Below, in pieces: positions 23,780 to 36,588 of a DNA stretch of 64,000 bases (positions are counted from its first letter, which is position 1; each line of letters starts with the position of its first letter). Both the position numbers and the translations under genes were made by a program. This DNA comes from Camelus ferus. Lineage: Eukaryota. The stretch lies in NCBI RefSeq assembly GCF_009834535.1, contig NC_045697.1, forward strand, positions 100,690,001-100,754,000, read 5' to 3'. The notes under the pieces were generated by a model. It was not told the origin of the DNA. It saw nothing but the letters and a program-made list of their open reading frames with translations, and did no database searches.

Positions 23780-25180
23780 GTAACACAATCTTATAAGTCC
23801 ATGCTAGAATTATGTGAAAGTTGCCATGTGGTCAGCGAAGGAGTCACAACTTCTTCACAGAGGTGGTAACAGAGGAGTTTGATAGGAAAACAAGGCACAG
23901 AAATTACCCTCAATAGAAAGAGCGGCAGGTGTGAAGGTATGAAGGCACGGAGACAAGACAGATACGCTATGGTTAGAGATTTGCAAATATTCCACTATAT
24001 CTGAAGCGCAGAGACCAGAAAAGTATTTAGGGCACCAGATAACGAAAATTAGTTCTTACAGGACAAGTTCGGAATTTCAGTTCTATCCCACGTGAGAACA
24101 GGAATCAGGGATATTTAAGCAGGGAACTCAGATGTCTATATTTGCATTTTTGAAAGATCCCTCTGCTGCCAGTGACTAAGAAGGCCTTAAATGTCCCTTC
24201 AGCTTGACTAAACTTTAGGCAGATTTCTTCTGGTCTTTAGGCCCCTGACCTCCCTGTCTTAGAACATTTACTTTAGAAAACTTGTAATTGCATGTTCTCT
24301 CTCTGTTTCTTTGAGATGTATGTAAATCTTCTTAAAAGCCTCTTGCCGGTTTTACAACCCAGGGAATGTCTTCCTCAAGGACCTAGGGACCATCTCTTTG
24401 AAATGTAATCATCAATAAGATAGCCCCTCCATCTCCCAGCCTCTGCAGGAGGGTGGAGTCTACTTGTTCCAAAACTACCTCTTATTATGAAGGTAGGAGA
24501 AAGTTTACTTTTCCAATGGGTAAGACCAGTTAGCAAACCCTGGTTGGCAGGCAGGGTGTCATACAATTCCTCCCAGCTCTTCAAAACTCTCCAGCCTTTC
24601 ATTTCAGTGGAGTTGAGTGCCATCTTTACCCTGTAACAATCAATAGTCTTGAATAAAGTCTTCCTTGCCTGTTTAATTTTTGTTCAGTTCAATTTTGAGT
24701 TTGACACCAGTTTGGATAATGGTTTTACAGGTAATAGATAAAGGGGAGAGGGCACTGGATACAGGCGATTAGTTACGAATCCATTAACATAAAGCAAGTA
24801 GAACTATTGAGATTTCATTAACAAATTAGCTGAAGAAGAGACAAAAGTAAGAAATATTTAGTGTAGTGTCTAAAGGACTTGGTGACCATGGATTTTTAGA
24901 CAAGGATGGAGAATGATTCTCAAGGTTTTGATAAGAAGCAAATTTTTTGACCTAGTGAATCTTGCTAAAAAGGAATGATGAAGCAAGTTTAACTTTGATG
25001 TATAAAAATGGAAATGGGTAAGTGTATTTTTGTCATTTCAACTCCCTGGGTTGATAATCCGGGGACCCGCAGAAACTACATATCTCAGGCAAAGTTCCCC
25101 CACATGGATTGAAGACACAGACCATGGAGAAAAGAATGTGGTAGTGGGTAATGCTGGCAGAACTCATTTTGAGAAAATGG
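23780..25180 (-). mobile_element. L2 fragment interrupted by a solo LTR
   Basis: TTTAAGCAGGGAA..TTTGCATTTTTGAAAGATCCCTCTGCTGCCAG|TTTGGATAATGG follows the L2 reverse consensus across the LTR. Confidence 0.6.
24173..24706 (+). mobile_element. ERV1 solo LTR (MER89/MER67-group-like)
   Basis: TG...CA, 534 bp, perfect TSD CCAG (24169-24172, 24707-24710), AATAAA at 24652; CAGCTTGACTAAACTTTAG..GGCCCCTGACCTCCC..CATTTACTTTAGAAAACTTG. Confidence 0.9.
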
Positions 25181-26315
25181 AAGTCCTTTCACACAGTTCT
25201 TCCTTTCTGCTCCAGCCATAAGTTCCTGTAAATATATTGCTGGTTGCTGAGGGGTATTAGGGGATAAGCATCTTGCATCTGCCCTCTACACTGGTCAAGG
25301 CAATCTCATCACTGTTATTATTTGATTAGATTTAATGCTGGAACCAAGGGTCCATTTGTGAGAAATTGGCAAATAATAGGTTGAACAGATCTTCTGCCTA
25401 TTTTCAGCTGGAACATAAAACTCTCTGTCTCCTGGGCCATTCTCTACATTTCATCGACAGACGGTGTCACAGTCAATTGCTATGCTCTTGTACCAGCATA
25501 TAAAATCTAAAGCAGCTATCCAAGGGTGCATTAAATATAAAACGCCTGAGTCATTCTGTCTTACATGGAAACATATGGGAATCTTTGCTTCCTAATAAAG
25601 AAAACAATGGGGGTGGAGGCAGTCACTACGGGATTAATCTGAAACAAAAAGCTTCCAGGCTCAGCAAACAGCTTGAAATGTGCAACAGTTTTAGGCTGTT
25701 AACTTTCAAATAAAATGGAATTAGAGAGGGGGAGTATTCATTTCCCCCAAATTTCAAAAAAACTCAATTCCTCACCAACCCCCAGAGCCCAGATGAACTC
25801 CTCATTTTAATAGCAAGTTTCTTTAGACAATACTTCATCATCATGTTCAGGACACACTTTCTATCTTCAAAGACTGACCCCAGTTTACTCCCTAATTTCA
25901 GTCATTCTTTCACCAATAAACATCCAGAATGAATTGCTTGATTTCATCTTCCCATTTGAAGCTTTTTAAGAGTCAGTCTGATGTGAGTAAGGCCATTTGG
26001 CTCCATCACTGAACTACACTGTACTTGGAATGGGGGACAGAAATGCAAGTGCTTTGAAACTGGGATGATTCTTAAATTCCAGAGGTTCTGCATTTGCCGT
26101 AGGGACAATTGAACTGATGGCATCATGTTCACGGAACTGGATTTGAGCAATTGCAGGATGAGCTACGCTGTTCCTACTTGGAAAAGTGTGAAGAAAGGAG
26201 AGAATACTTTTGCCCACATAGATGTAAACTTATGGAAGTTTATCCTCCATGAATTTATGCAAGCTCAATATTAAGCCCATAAATTAGAGAATGGAGCTAC
26301 CTTGTACATGTTGAC

Positions 26316-26435
26316 CTCCTTCCCTCCCTCCCTTTCTCCCTCCTTCCTTCCCTTCCTTCCTTCCATTCTCACTTCCTTCCTCCCTCCCTTCCATCCTTCC
26401 TTCCTACCATTTGTCCTTTTGTCTATCCTTCCTTC
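26316..26435. repeat. (CCTT)n/(CCCT)n simple repeat
   Basis: Direct observation. Confidence 0.9.
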
Positions 26436-28446
26436 TGTACTTTCCTTGGTGATTAAAGATCACTAAGGTGTACTGTTGCTGCTTGATACTGTTGGCAAGA
26501 ACTTTAAAGCAGTTCCAATCTGATGGTCTAAAAATTCCATTTCTCACTAAAACCAAAATAAAACTTTAGGGCTTCTAGTTGAAATCTCCTGTCTTTGAAG
26601 GTCTAGACATAAATCTTATTGATGGTATTATTTACTATGTTCTAGATCTAAATATTGAGAAGCAGTTTATTTTCATGCCAGTAGTCATATAATCAGTGGT
26701 CTCTAGTGAATTAGAAAATTTTTATTCCTTCCTTCCTTGTCCATAATTCAAAATAACAAACTCCAAACCATTGGATCTCAGGAACATATTTAGGCAGAAA
26801 GGATGTGCCATTCTACGTTGGAGTATGGAAAACATTGGCTAAAATGGATATGGCCACAAAATATTATTTAACTAGCATAAATACTTAGGAACCGACTGGT
26901 AGCAGATGGTTTTAGTTTTCTGAAGGCATATACCCCACATTCTACACACCCATCAACTACCTGCACTTTCTGGTCATCCATGTCAGCCCTTGTGGCAACA
27001 CCAACATGGTTCAGTTCTGTTTATGAGAATTCAACTGACGGCAGCACAAGCAGTTCAAGCTATAAACAGTGGAAGGAAAGAAACAGAACCTTGCAGATAG
27101 TGGGATTTCATGACGTGGGTCTGGTGCATATTGTGACCTAACGAATAGTTTTCTTTTATGTATCTGAGGTTCACATTCCAATTACCCAAAGTCTGCTTCT
27201 CTCTCCACTTCAGGCAGATAAATGCCAAGGCGCCCTCTTGAAATAGGATATATAAGCCATCAGTTTCTTGTGAATGACTTTAAAGGAGTGAAATGAATAT
27301 TTTATAGCCTTCTTGGGCAGGTTAACCATCAAGAGAGTGAACTGATTGACTGAATAGTTATTGGATTTCAGCAAAGCGCCAGGTCCACCTGCTTGTTGGT
27401 CTCTAGACACACCTGCTCTGGGGTGGAAAGTAAAATGACTTATACCTAAATTAATGTTATGCTAAGATACTTTGAATGTTTACAGTACAAATCAATCACA
27501 AATCAATCTTTAATGACATGTGCATCTCTGTTAGTGTAAAAAACTTAAAAATTAAAAAAAAAAAGCTTAAAAATTGCCAAAGCATCTTCTCTCAGAGAGC
27601 TTTGTTTTTCATAAGTACAGACAATTCCAATAAATTATGAATCCCAAAGAAAGGAACAATATTGATAATTACTGATTTTCATTCACATTTGGTCCCATGT
27701 GTGCCAATCATATTTTCTGGGAAGGAGATTGAAATAAAGGTCAATATGCTAAGCAGTAGTTCTAAGATAGTTTTTGTGTGTTTGAACTCCTATTAAGCAA
27801 TGAATGTTCCATTTGTATGAAAAATATGCTATGTTAAAAATTTGTTTTTAACTTCTAAATGTAGATGGCACAACCACTGCTGAAAGCCTCGAAGGACGTG
27901 TGTGACACTACCACCACCAGTGTACATCTTCCAAGTGGTACTACGGGAAGGGAAGGCAATGTTTTCTGCCTAAGAAGGTATGTCTTATTCAAATGTGTTT
28001 CTTAAGGTCATGGTCTAATATTGCTGAGATGTTGTAATTCCAAAGTCTTCAAGAAAGTATTCCTGGTCAAAAGGGAGACTATGAAATTTTCAAGGTTTTA
28101 GCAATGTTGTTAAAGGAAGAGCTAATGTGTAAAGCTAAGCTTAGTATGAAAACCAGAGCAATAACTTCAAGTAGAAGATAGAAAAGAGGTGTCAGAAACA
28201 AACCCAGAAGGTGGCTAGTCTGTAGGCAGGATAGAACAGGAAATTGTGGCTAGTCCAGCTAGATTTTTCATATGGTAGGAATGTAGACATGTTACATGGT
28301 AAGAATCCTTTCTTGCTTCTTACTGTGTGTAATAAAAACAAGGACAATTTGAATGAAGACACGTATAGAATGAGGCATTTCATTTTCTGTGTTATGTGAA
28401 AGGACAAGCAGACATAATGGAAAGTCCCCAGCTTTTCCTTTGTAGC

Positions 28447-28612
28447 TTTCTTCTTTTCCTTTTTCTTCCTTCCTTTCTCCCTTCCTTCCTTTCTTTTCTT
28501 TTCTTTCCTTCCTCCCTTCCTTCCTCCCTTCCTTCCTCCCTTCCTTCCTTCCTTCCTCCCTCCCTCCCTCCTTCCTTCCTCCCTCCCTCCCTTCTTTCTT
28601 TCTTTCTTTCCT

Positions 28613-28672
<60 letters not shown>

Positions 28673-28947
28673 TTTTCTTTCTTCTTCTTCTTTCTTTCTT
28701 TCTTTCTTTTCTTCTTTCTTTCTTTCTTTTCTTCTTTCTTTCTTTCTTGTCTTTCTTTCTTCTTTCTTTTATCTTCTTTCTTCTGTTCTTTCTTTCTCTT
28801 TTCTTCTTTCTTTCGTCTTTCTTCTTCTTTCTATCTTTCTTATCTCTTTTCTTTTTCTTTCTTTTCTTTCTTTCTTTCTTGTTTTCTTTTTTCTTTTCTT
28901 TTCTTTTTTTCTTTCTTTTCTCTTTCTTTTTCTTTCTTTTCTTTCTT
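28447..28947. repeat. About 500-bp polypyrimidine compound microsatellite, (CCTT)n to (CTTT)n to degenerate T-rich
   Basis: Almost purine-free on the + strand; pure (TTTC)n core at about 28615-28670. Confidence 0.97.
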
Positions 28948-30534
28948 GTTTTGTCGCTACCTCTATAAACTCCTCCTCAGAGTCTGGTAGACTGAAAGAC
29001 TTGCAAAAACAGTTCTGGAAAAGTACCATTATGATAGGTATCAGGATGGAATTGCACTAACAGTCCTGAGCCAGAGCACGAAACCCAGAAATTCTCCATC
29101 TGCAAGTGTTCAGCTGTTGAAAGACAAAACTTCCACCAGAGTCAAACAATAAGGACATTTGTCACAGTCCTCTCACCTTCTGAAACTCCAGCCTGCTTCC
29201 ACTTGGGGAGTTAACCTGATGCTTATCATCTGAAAAAAGCCTTTAATCTTGGTCTGAGTCACACTTGTTTTTTCCTAAAGAATAGTCTGTCACTGATAAA
29301 TAGAAGTCAATGAAAAAATACAAAAATGCTACCTGAAAGGAATTCGATAGCAGGACTGCTGTGAAGAATCAAAAAAATGGGTAAGATACATAAGTCTTAA
29401 GAAGGCTTTGATTATTAACTAAATGATTTAATAAGGAATGTGGTTATTTCTCAAACCCAGGTGCATAAGTGGAATAAATCAGCTTCCTAATAATATGAAT
29501 AAGTGTACCCTAACAATCATGTTTGGCTTAATGAAAATAGTATTAAACAAAAGATTTTGTTTATATAAAGGAAACCATCAGTGAGTAGAAATCACAGTAT
29601 TCTTTCACTCAGATAAACATCCCTGGGGGAGCTAACAGTAGTTAGCAGTACCTTTCAACACCTGCCAAATACTGTATTTAGAAGCAACAAACATAGCAAG
29701 AAATAAAGATTGCTATCAAGTTATATAAATGTTTTTCTTCAGTGTTTGCTTCCTTAGAACACCACCTAGGTCTCCTCCTTATAAAATCATTTAAGGTGTT
29801 TTAAAATTACATACAATTCTTTAGAATCATAGCACCATATTATTGGCACATTTATACCCTGTGGTCCTCATTCCAGGGCTCCCTGAAGCTCACAAGAGTT
29901 TGTAAAGAGATTAGATGCCTCTAGGGTAAATATTGCATTAGAAAGAAATTCTTACTCCTCGTAAGAAAATGTGTCTGTATACTACAGGCACTTAGATCCA
30001 CTTCTAACCAGTTTAATTGACACTATCTAGAGAAATCAAAAGGAAGATTCCATGACACACCCAGATATACATACTTAGAAATTCATTTAGAAAGCAGTTA
30101 TGATTATAAGGTCGGTCTATGCGTTCTGTTGTAAATCAGCATTGATTAAGCAATTCCAAATGGCTACTTATAATTAAGGATTCTAATTTGGCTGTGTTCT
30201 AAGAGGCCCTGGAGAGTAAGTAGGAAATGAAAGAACGTTTAAATGAAATATACTTTATTAAGGTATGGATTTTTTTTTTTTCCATTGGTGGGTTTACACT
30301 CATTTGTTTTAGAAAATTAAAGTTTTAACCTAATTTAGGGAAGATAGTGAACTACAATGAACTAATAAAGATAGATTTGTGATTCACCTCTAATTCTGGA
30401 AAAACATTGGAGATATTGATTCTGTATCAAACTACACCAGGATATCATGAATAAAGAAGTGTTTCTCTCTTTATTTTACTGTGATATTGTTGGTGTTGGT
30501 TGACATTAGGGCAACATCTAAAGCTGTAAGAGTG

Positions 30535-30720
30535 AGAGAACACACCTTGAGGGACTATTTTGTGCCAGGTACAATTTAAGGGACATTTTTTTATCATCCT
30601 TAAACAGTATTAAGAAGTAGGCATTATAACCTTGAAAACGTGATGCTCAGAAAGGCTAAATAACTCATGCCAGGGAACAAGCTTGAAAATGTTAAAATCA
30701 ACATAATAAATTAAGCCTTT
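30535..30720 (-). mobile_element. MIR SINE
   Basis: ACTATTTTGTGCCAGGTAC..AAGTAGGCATTAT..TGATGCTCAGAAAGGCTAAATAACTCATGCCAGG. Confidence 0.6.
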
Positions 30721-30799
30721 TTTATTTAGACACTTGTTTGACAATGAAAAGATTATGTATCTTGAAAAGTGGATTCTGGATTTCCTTTTATTTTAGCCC

Positions 30800-30906
30800 T
30801 CATTTATTGGTATATAGTATATAGTATATAATATGTGTATATATATAATTGTAACTACAGTGTGTGCATCATTTATTGGTATATAGTATATAATATGTAT
30901 TTATAC

Positions 30907-30959
<53 letters not shown>

Positions 30960-30980
30960 GGTTATAGCAGTATACATATT
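30800..30980. repeat. 69-bp-period duplication with a (TA)n microsatellite
   Basis: TCATTTATTGGTATATAGTATATA at 30800 and 30869; (TA)n at about 30915-30953. Confidence 0.9.
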
Positions 30981-31334
30981 AAAGTGGTAAGCTCCCTTAA
31001 ATGATCAAAATTATTTCTCATGTCAAATCCACAACAGGCAGTCCTGATTTCAGGTAGCTCTCTTCCTTCTGATGACCCAGTCAGGCTTCTTCCTGACTAC
31101 GGCTCTGTCATCGTCCGCGCTTGGCTTCTGAACTTTCCCTGTTAGCTGCTTCAAGATGACAGAAGGGGAAAGAGCAGGAAAGGCATTTTCTGTTGTTTGA
31201 AGTTGGTCTATCCTTTATTAACCACTTTTAAGTGTGCAATTCCACTGATTATCATCATGATGTTGTGAAATCATCACCACTATCTCCCAATTTTTAAAAA
31301 TATTTTTAAAGAGTTGAAAAAATTTAAAAAAAAA

Positions 31335-31427
31335 GGAGTATGCAACAAATTATATGTTGCTCTCAAAACCTAAAATATTTACTACCTGGTGCTTTATGAT
31401 AAAACATTTGCTGATACTTGCTCTAGA
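31335..31427. mobile_element. MER58-like hAT-Charlie end fragment
   Basis: CAAAACCTAAAATATTTACTACCTGGTGCTTTATGATAAAACATTTGCTGA. Confidence 0.6.
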
Positions 31428-31547
31428 CTCATGGAAGTGTCAAAAACAAATGCCCTTGGCTTGAGGAAAGACTCCACATGCCAGATTCACCTCCCAGTTC
31501 TCTGTACCCTGGGTAATGTCTGTGTGTATGTGTGTGTGTTTGTTTTA

Positions 31548-33212
31548 GATAAGACTATTTTTTAAGAGCAGTTGTATGTTTACAGCAAAAGTGAGAGGAC
31601 AGGACAGAGATTTCCCTTTTACCACCTCTCTTCACAAATGCATAACCTCCCCATTATCAACATCTCCCACCAGGGCAATACATTTGTTACAATTGGTGAA
31701 GTTACATCAGCACTTCGCAATCACCCAAAATCGGTAATGTATCCCAGGGTTCACTCTTGGTATTGTCCATCGATGTGTTTGAACAAATGTATAATGACAC
31801 GTACTCATCATTATAGTATCATATGGAGTATTTTCACTGTCCTAAAAATTGCCTGTGCTCTGTCTATTTGTACCCCCCACCACCCCAATCCCTGTCAAAC
31901 AACTATCCTCTTACTGTCTCCATAGTTTTGCTTTTTCCAGAATGTAATACTGCTCGAATTACATGGTAAGCAGCTTTTTCAGATTGGCTTCCTTCACTTG
32001 GTAATATGCATTTCAGTTTCCTCCATGTCTTTTTATGGTTTGTTAGCTCAGTTTTTTTTTTTTTATCACTGAGTAATATCCCGTTGTCTGGATGTACCCT
32101 AATTTATTTATCACTTCACTTACTGAGGGATGCCTTAGTTGGTCCAAATTTTGGCAATTATGAATAAAGCTGCTATAAAAGACCATGTGCAGGTTTTTGT
32201 GTGGACATGCTTTCAGCTCATCTGTATAAATACCAAGGAGCACAATTGCTAGATCATATGATAAGGGTATGTTTAGTATTGTAGAAATAGCCAAACTATC
32301 TTCCAAAGTGGTGTATTATTTTGCATTCCCACCAGCAGTGAATGATAATTCCTGTTGCTCTGCACCTTTGTCAGTGTTTGGCGTTGTCAGTGTTCCAAGT
32401 TTTGGCTGTTCTAATAGGTGTATAATGGTATCTTGTTTTAATGTGCATTTCCCTGATGACATATGATGTAAAACATCATTTCATATGCTAATATGCCATC
32501 TGTATATCTTCTTTGGTGAGGTGTCTGTCAAAGTCATTTTAAAATCAGGTTGTTTGATTTCACTTGTTGAGTTTCAAGAGTTCTTTGTGTATTTTGGATA
32601 ATAGTCCTCTATTAGATGTATCTTTTGCAAATATTTTCTCTCTGTTTGTGACTTGTCTTCTCATTCTTTTGACTTTGTCTTTTATAGAGCTCAAGTTTTG
32701 AGCTTTAACCAAGTCCAGCTTATCGATTATTTATTTCATGGATCATGCCAGTGTATGTAGTAAGTCACCACCATACTCAAGGTTATCTAGGTTACCTTCT
32801 ACATTATATTCTATGAGTTTTATAGTTTTGAATTTTACTTTTAGGTTTATGACTTATTTTCAGATAATTTCTGTGAAAGGTGTAAGGTCTGTATCTAGGT
32901 TCATTTTTTTGGCATATGGATGTCCAGTTGTTCCCGCACCAGTTGTTGAAAAGACTATTTTACTCCACTGCATTGCCTTTGCCCTTTTGTCAAAGATCTG
33001 CTGACTATATTTGTGTGTGTCTATTTCTGGGCTCTATATTTTGTCCCATTGATCTGTTTGTCTGTTCTTTCTTTAGCATCACAGTGTCTTGATTACTTGT
33101 CTTTTTAGTAAGTCTTGAAGTCAGGTAGTGTTAGTCCTCCTAACGAAACGATCTTCTTTCGAATTGTGTTGGTTATTCTGGGCTGTTTGTCTCTTCATAT
33201 AAACTTTAGAAT
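31548..33212 (-). mobile_element. L1MC-like element (3' UTR plus ORF2 C-terminal part)
   Basis: 3' end CCCCATTATCAACATCTCCCACCAG..GTTCACTCTTGGT..AAATGTATAATGACA. ORF 32043-32306 (MEDSLAI..LNIPLSYDLAIVLLGIY) is the ORF2 C-terminus. Confidence 0.85.
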
Positions 33213-33239
33213 GAGACAGAATAGACAATAGATTAAGGT

Positions 33240-34090
33240 TCAGACTATCAGAACTAACAAATCAGTAAGGAAAAAATGTTTTTTTAAAAAAAGGAAGAAA
33301 AGTACAAATAAGCCATCACAACAACAAGAAAAATACCTAATTGCCAATATAAGCACATGAAAGAATATTTAACAGTGGTAGTAACTGTGAAAACGCAAAT
33401 TGAAGCACAATATTCTTCTCTTCACTAGCTTGGGGAAAGTTTTAAAATATTGATAATAGATTGGTAAAGTATTGGGAAAATTAGCATTCTGAGACACTAT
33501 TGGTGGTGATGAATATTGTTATTTTAAAACTTTTACTTTTATTTTTGACTTTTTTACTTTTATTTGCCAATACCTGTCAGTACTTAAAATGGATATATGA
33601 CCCAACAATGTAATTTCTAAAGTTTTTTCTCTATATATTTATATCAAAGTATGCTACAGTAATTGTATAAACATTCTTTGCATTACTATATATAAAAGAC
33701 AAAACTAGAACCACCCAGATGTTCATCAATAAGAGAACGGCCAAATCTATCATCATACATCCGTTCAATAGTATCCCAAGCAACCTAAGAAAAAAGGAGG
33801 TAGATCTGAATGTCTTGATGCAAAGAAATCAAAGATTTTTTAATATATAACAAAAAGCAAAGAGCAAAACAGAAATTAATTATAGCATGCTACAAAATTT
33901 TGTATAAAGTTTTAATCTCTGTATATGTATTTTATAGATGAATACATGAAAAATGTTAACTGTGGTCACCTCTGGGGAGAAGAACCAGGAGTCTGAGTTG
34001 AGGGGGAGACTTTTGCTAATTGTTTTACACTGTTCTGTTTGGTTTTCTTTCATATATGTGTGTGCGTATATATATGTGTTTTATTTTAAA
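33240..34090 (+). mobile_element. Old L1ME-like 3' fragment
   Basis: AAGCACATGAAAGAATATTTAAC..ATATGACCCAACAAT..ATGTTCATCAATAAGAGA..TGTTAACTGTGGTCACCTCTGGGGAG. Confidence 0.7.
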
Positions 34091-35119
34091 TAATTTAAAC
34101 ACTTATTTTAAACAATTGTTTTAAAATTTAACTTCTAAATTAATAATTTAATACTTAATTTAAAAATAATATTTAAAATACATTTATTTATTTAAAATAA
34201 TTTATTAAAAACAATTAAAACCTGAATAAGATAGTGATTGTGGATTTTTCTTTCACACTGCCTTGCTGACCTTTCTCCCCTCCCCTCACTTTCTGAAGTG
34301 CCCCCTTACTTTCTCTCTAACAGCTTCCCCCCTCAGCGGCTCCCAGAAACAGAGCCAGGCTCCCTTCTAAACAGTCCAGTGGAGATCAACCCCAGCAGGT
34401 ACCCCTCTGTGCTTCCGGGTCTTTGTGTTCCTTGGGGACAGAAATACAAGAGCTCAGAGTCTCTAATGGTTCTGGAACTTCTGCCTTTTGCCACCAGCCT
34501 GTGCTCATTACATTTACAGAAATCTCAGGTTAGCAAATGCTTAATGTTTTCCCTCAGGAAACAAGAGCAGAGGTTTTCAATTGTTCAGCCAGTGGAAAGT
34601 ACACAATCTGCTTATTCAAAAACTGTATATTCTCTCCAGTGACTAGGTTTTCACTCTGCTCTCTATTAATTCTTTTAGGCTCCTAATTTGAGTTTTATCC
34701 CTTTTTTTTTTTAAGGTTGTAGTTTTACTTCCTTTAATCAAGAAAATTATACAAATATTCCTAAGCTGAAACAGGTAATTAATTTTGTGATTTATAAAAA
34801 AAATTACTTAGATATTGTGTCCTTTTAGATTTTTTGCTTTGTTTTGTTTTTAACGTGAGGACTTTTCCCTCTAAAATCTACTTTTGCAAAGTTAAGGTTT
34901 CTCTCTGGTCTGTCTGAGTGAAATCACACAGTAACTATAATTTGAGTTAGCTCTGGTAAGCAAGGAAAAGATTACCCCGATCAGCAGTCTGGCGCTGTCC
35001 TACAGGCCTCCCCCCCAGATAACTCCCTTTCAGCCTTAGGCCTCTGGGCATGGTATTCTGATCGCACTGTTACCAGCGAAACAGTGGAGCACTGGGCTCC
35101 AGTGGTGCAAAAACAGTTT

Positions 35120-35480
35120 CCCAAATAATTTCCAAACTCAATCCATCCTTCAGTAATTACATTTGTAGATAATGGAAAAGAAACCATTAACTCAGAGTGC
35201 TTTTAAATCATAATTAATTGCACATGCAAATGCACTGCTAAATTTGGATGCTCAATTAGATAGCTAATTACATTGAAAATGAAAAGTGTGCCCTTAAATT
35301 CACGACCATGGGCCCTGCCCCACCTGTGTGCATCCTCTAACTTAAGCAGGCAGGTCTCCTTCCTTGACACAATTGTAAGTATTGAGGGGGAAGCGGGGCC
35401 CAGGGAAGCACCACCTGCAGAAAATGGGAGACGTAGCCAATCGTAACTGTTACACAATTTACATCTATAATACAGACGTC
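35120..35480. promoter_or_regulatory. Candidate enhancer or promoter-like element (homeodomain/POU motif cluster)
   Basis: Non-repeat sequence with multiple TAAT/ATTA cores, octamer ATGCAAAT (35224-35231), E-boxes, a CCAAT box and retained CpGs. Motif evidence only. Confidence 0.4.
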
Positions 35481-35754
35481 TATTTTAAACCAGATCCTCT
35501 GAAGATGAAGCACCCTGGGGATTCAGGCGTTTTAGGACTCTCTAAAAACATTTTACTCCTAAAGGAAATGCTGTGCTTAGACAATAATTCATTCTTTGAA
35601 AACACAGGAGACACTTTCTAATGGGGCTTTAACACCTATAACATTTAGTATCCTGAAGCTCGGAGATAAGGAGCTAGTGGTTAAATTGGAACACTTAAAT
35701 TATTATAACCAACATTATTACTAACAGACACGCTGTCGTATTTGTATAGCAATG

Positions 35755-35925
35755 GCATTGTAATATTTTACATATATTTGCTCATCCTATCATAACTCCA
35801 TAAGGTAAGAAGGAAATGTACAATTATCCATATGTTATGAACATGAAATTATGATGCAAAGAAGTGAAGTGATTTTCCCCAGAAAGTCAATAGCAGGAAA
35901 GAAACGGCCCTATTTTAAAACAGCC
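35755..35925 (-). mobile_element. MIR SINE fragment
   Basis: CTCATCCTATCATAACTCCATAAGGTAAG..ATTATCCATAT..ATGAAATTATGATGCAAAGAAGTGAAGTGATTTTCCC. Confidence 0.55.
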
Positions 35926-36075
35926 TGGTGGTCGTTCATGAAAACAGCAGCGAGTGCTAAAATTATACTTAGTGAAATAAATGAGCCTAAAATCCCTAGC
36001 ACTCTAAAGATAAATGTGAAAATTTTGAGATGACTTGGTAAATTAAATCGGAGGCAATCTTAAGAGCAGAAGCAG

Positions 36076-36588
36076 TGTGTTAGGCACAATAATGGCCCCC
36101 CAAAGGTGCCCTTGTGCAACCCCTGAACCTATGACTATGTCAGGTTACCTGGAAAAGGGGAATTAATGTTGCTAATCAGCTGATCTTACAACAGGACCTT
36201 AAAATCGGTCCTGGATTACATGGGTAGGCCCAATGTAATCACAACAGTCCTTAAAAATGGAAGAGGGAGATGCTGGATGAGAATCAGAGGGAGACATGCC
36301 TACGGGAGAAAGACACAGGTGGAGGCAACACTGCTGGCTTTGCAGATGGAGAAGGAAAGCAGTGAGCCAAGGACTGTGGGTGACCTCTAGCAACAAGAAG
36401 AGGCAAGGGCATCAGTTCTCCCCTCAAGCCACCGGAAAGGAGCAGAGCCCTGCTGACTCCTTGATGTTAGCCCTGTGACGTCTGTGTCAGACTTCCAACC
36501 TCCAGAATTTGTAAGATACAAATTTGTGTTGTTTTAAGCCAGTTAGCTTGTGGTAATTAGTTACGGCAGCAAATAAAACACTCACACA
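36076..36588 (+). mobile_element. MLT1D-like MaLR solo LTR
   Basis: TGTG..AATAATGGCCCCCCAAAG..GTTGCTAATCAGCTGA..GCCCAATGTAATCACAA..CAGACTTCCAACCTCCAGAA..TGTGTTGTTTTAAGCCA..ACA. Confidence 0.9.

Noticed and set aside
26190..26290. Possible ancient CR1-like 3' fragment (GTAAACTTATGGAA)
   Set aside because: Too short and diverged to call without an HMM search
28396..29029. Longest ORF (190 aa, F/L/S-rich) and its K/R/E-rich antisense ORF
   Set aside because: Artefacts of the CT-rich microsatellite, which cannot encode stop codons
34075..34220. Extremely AT-rich stretch as an origin or matrix attachment region
   Set aside because: Lies at the tail of an old L1; low complexity alone does not support a function
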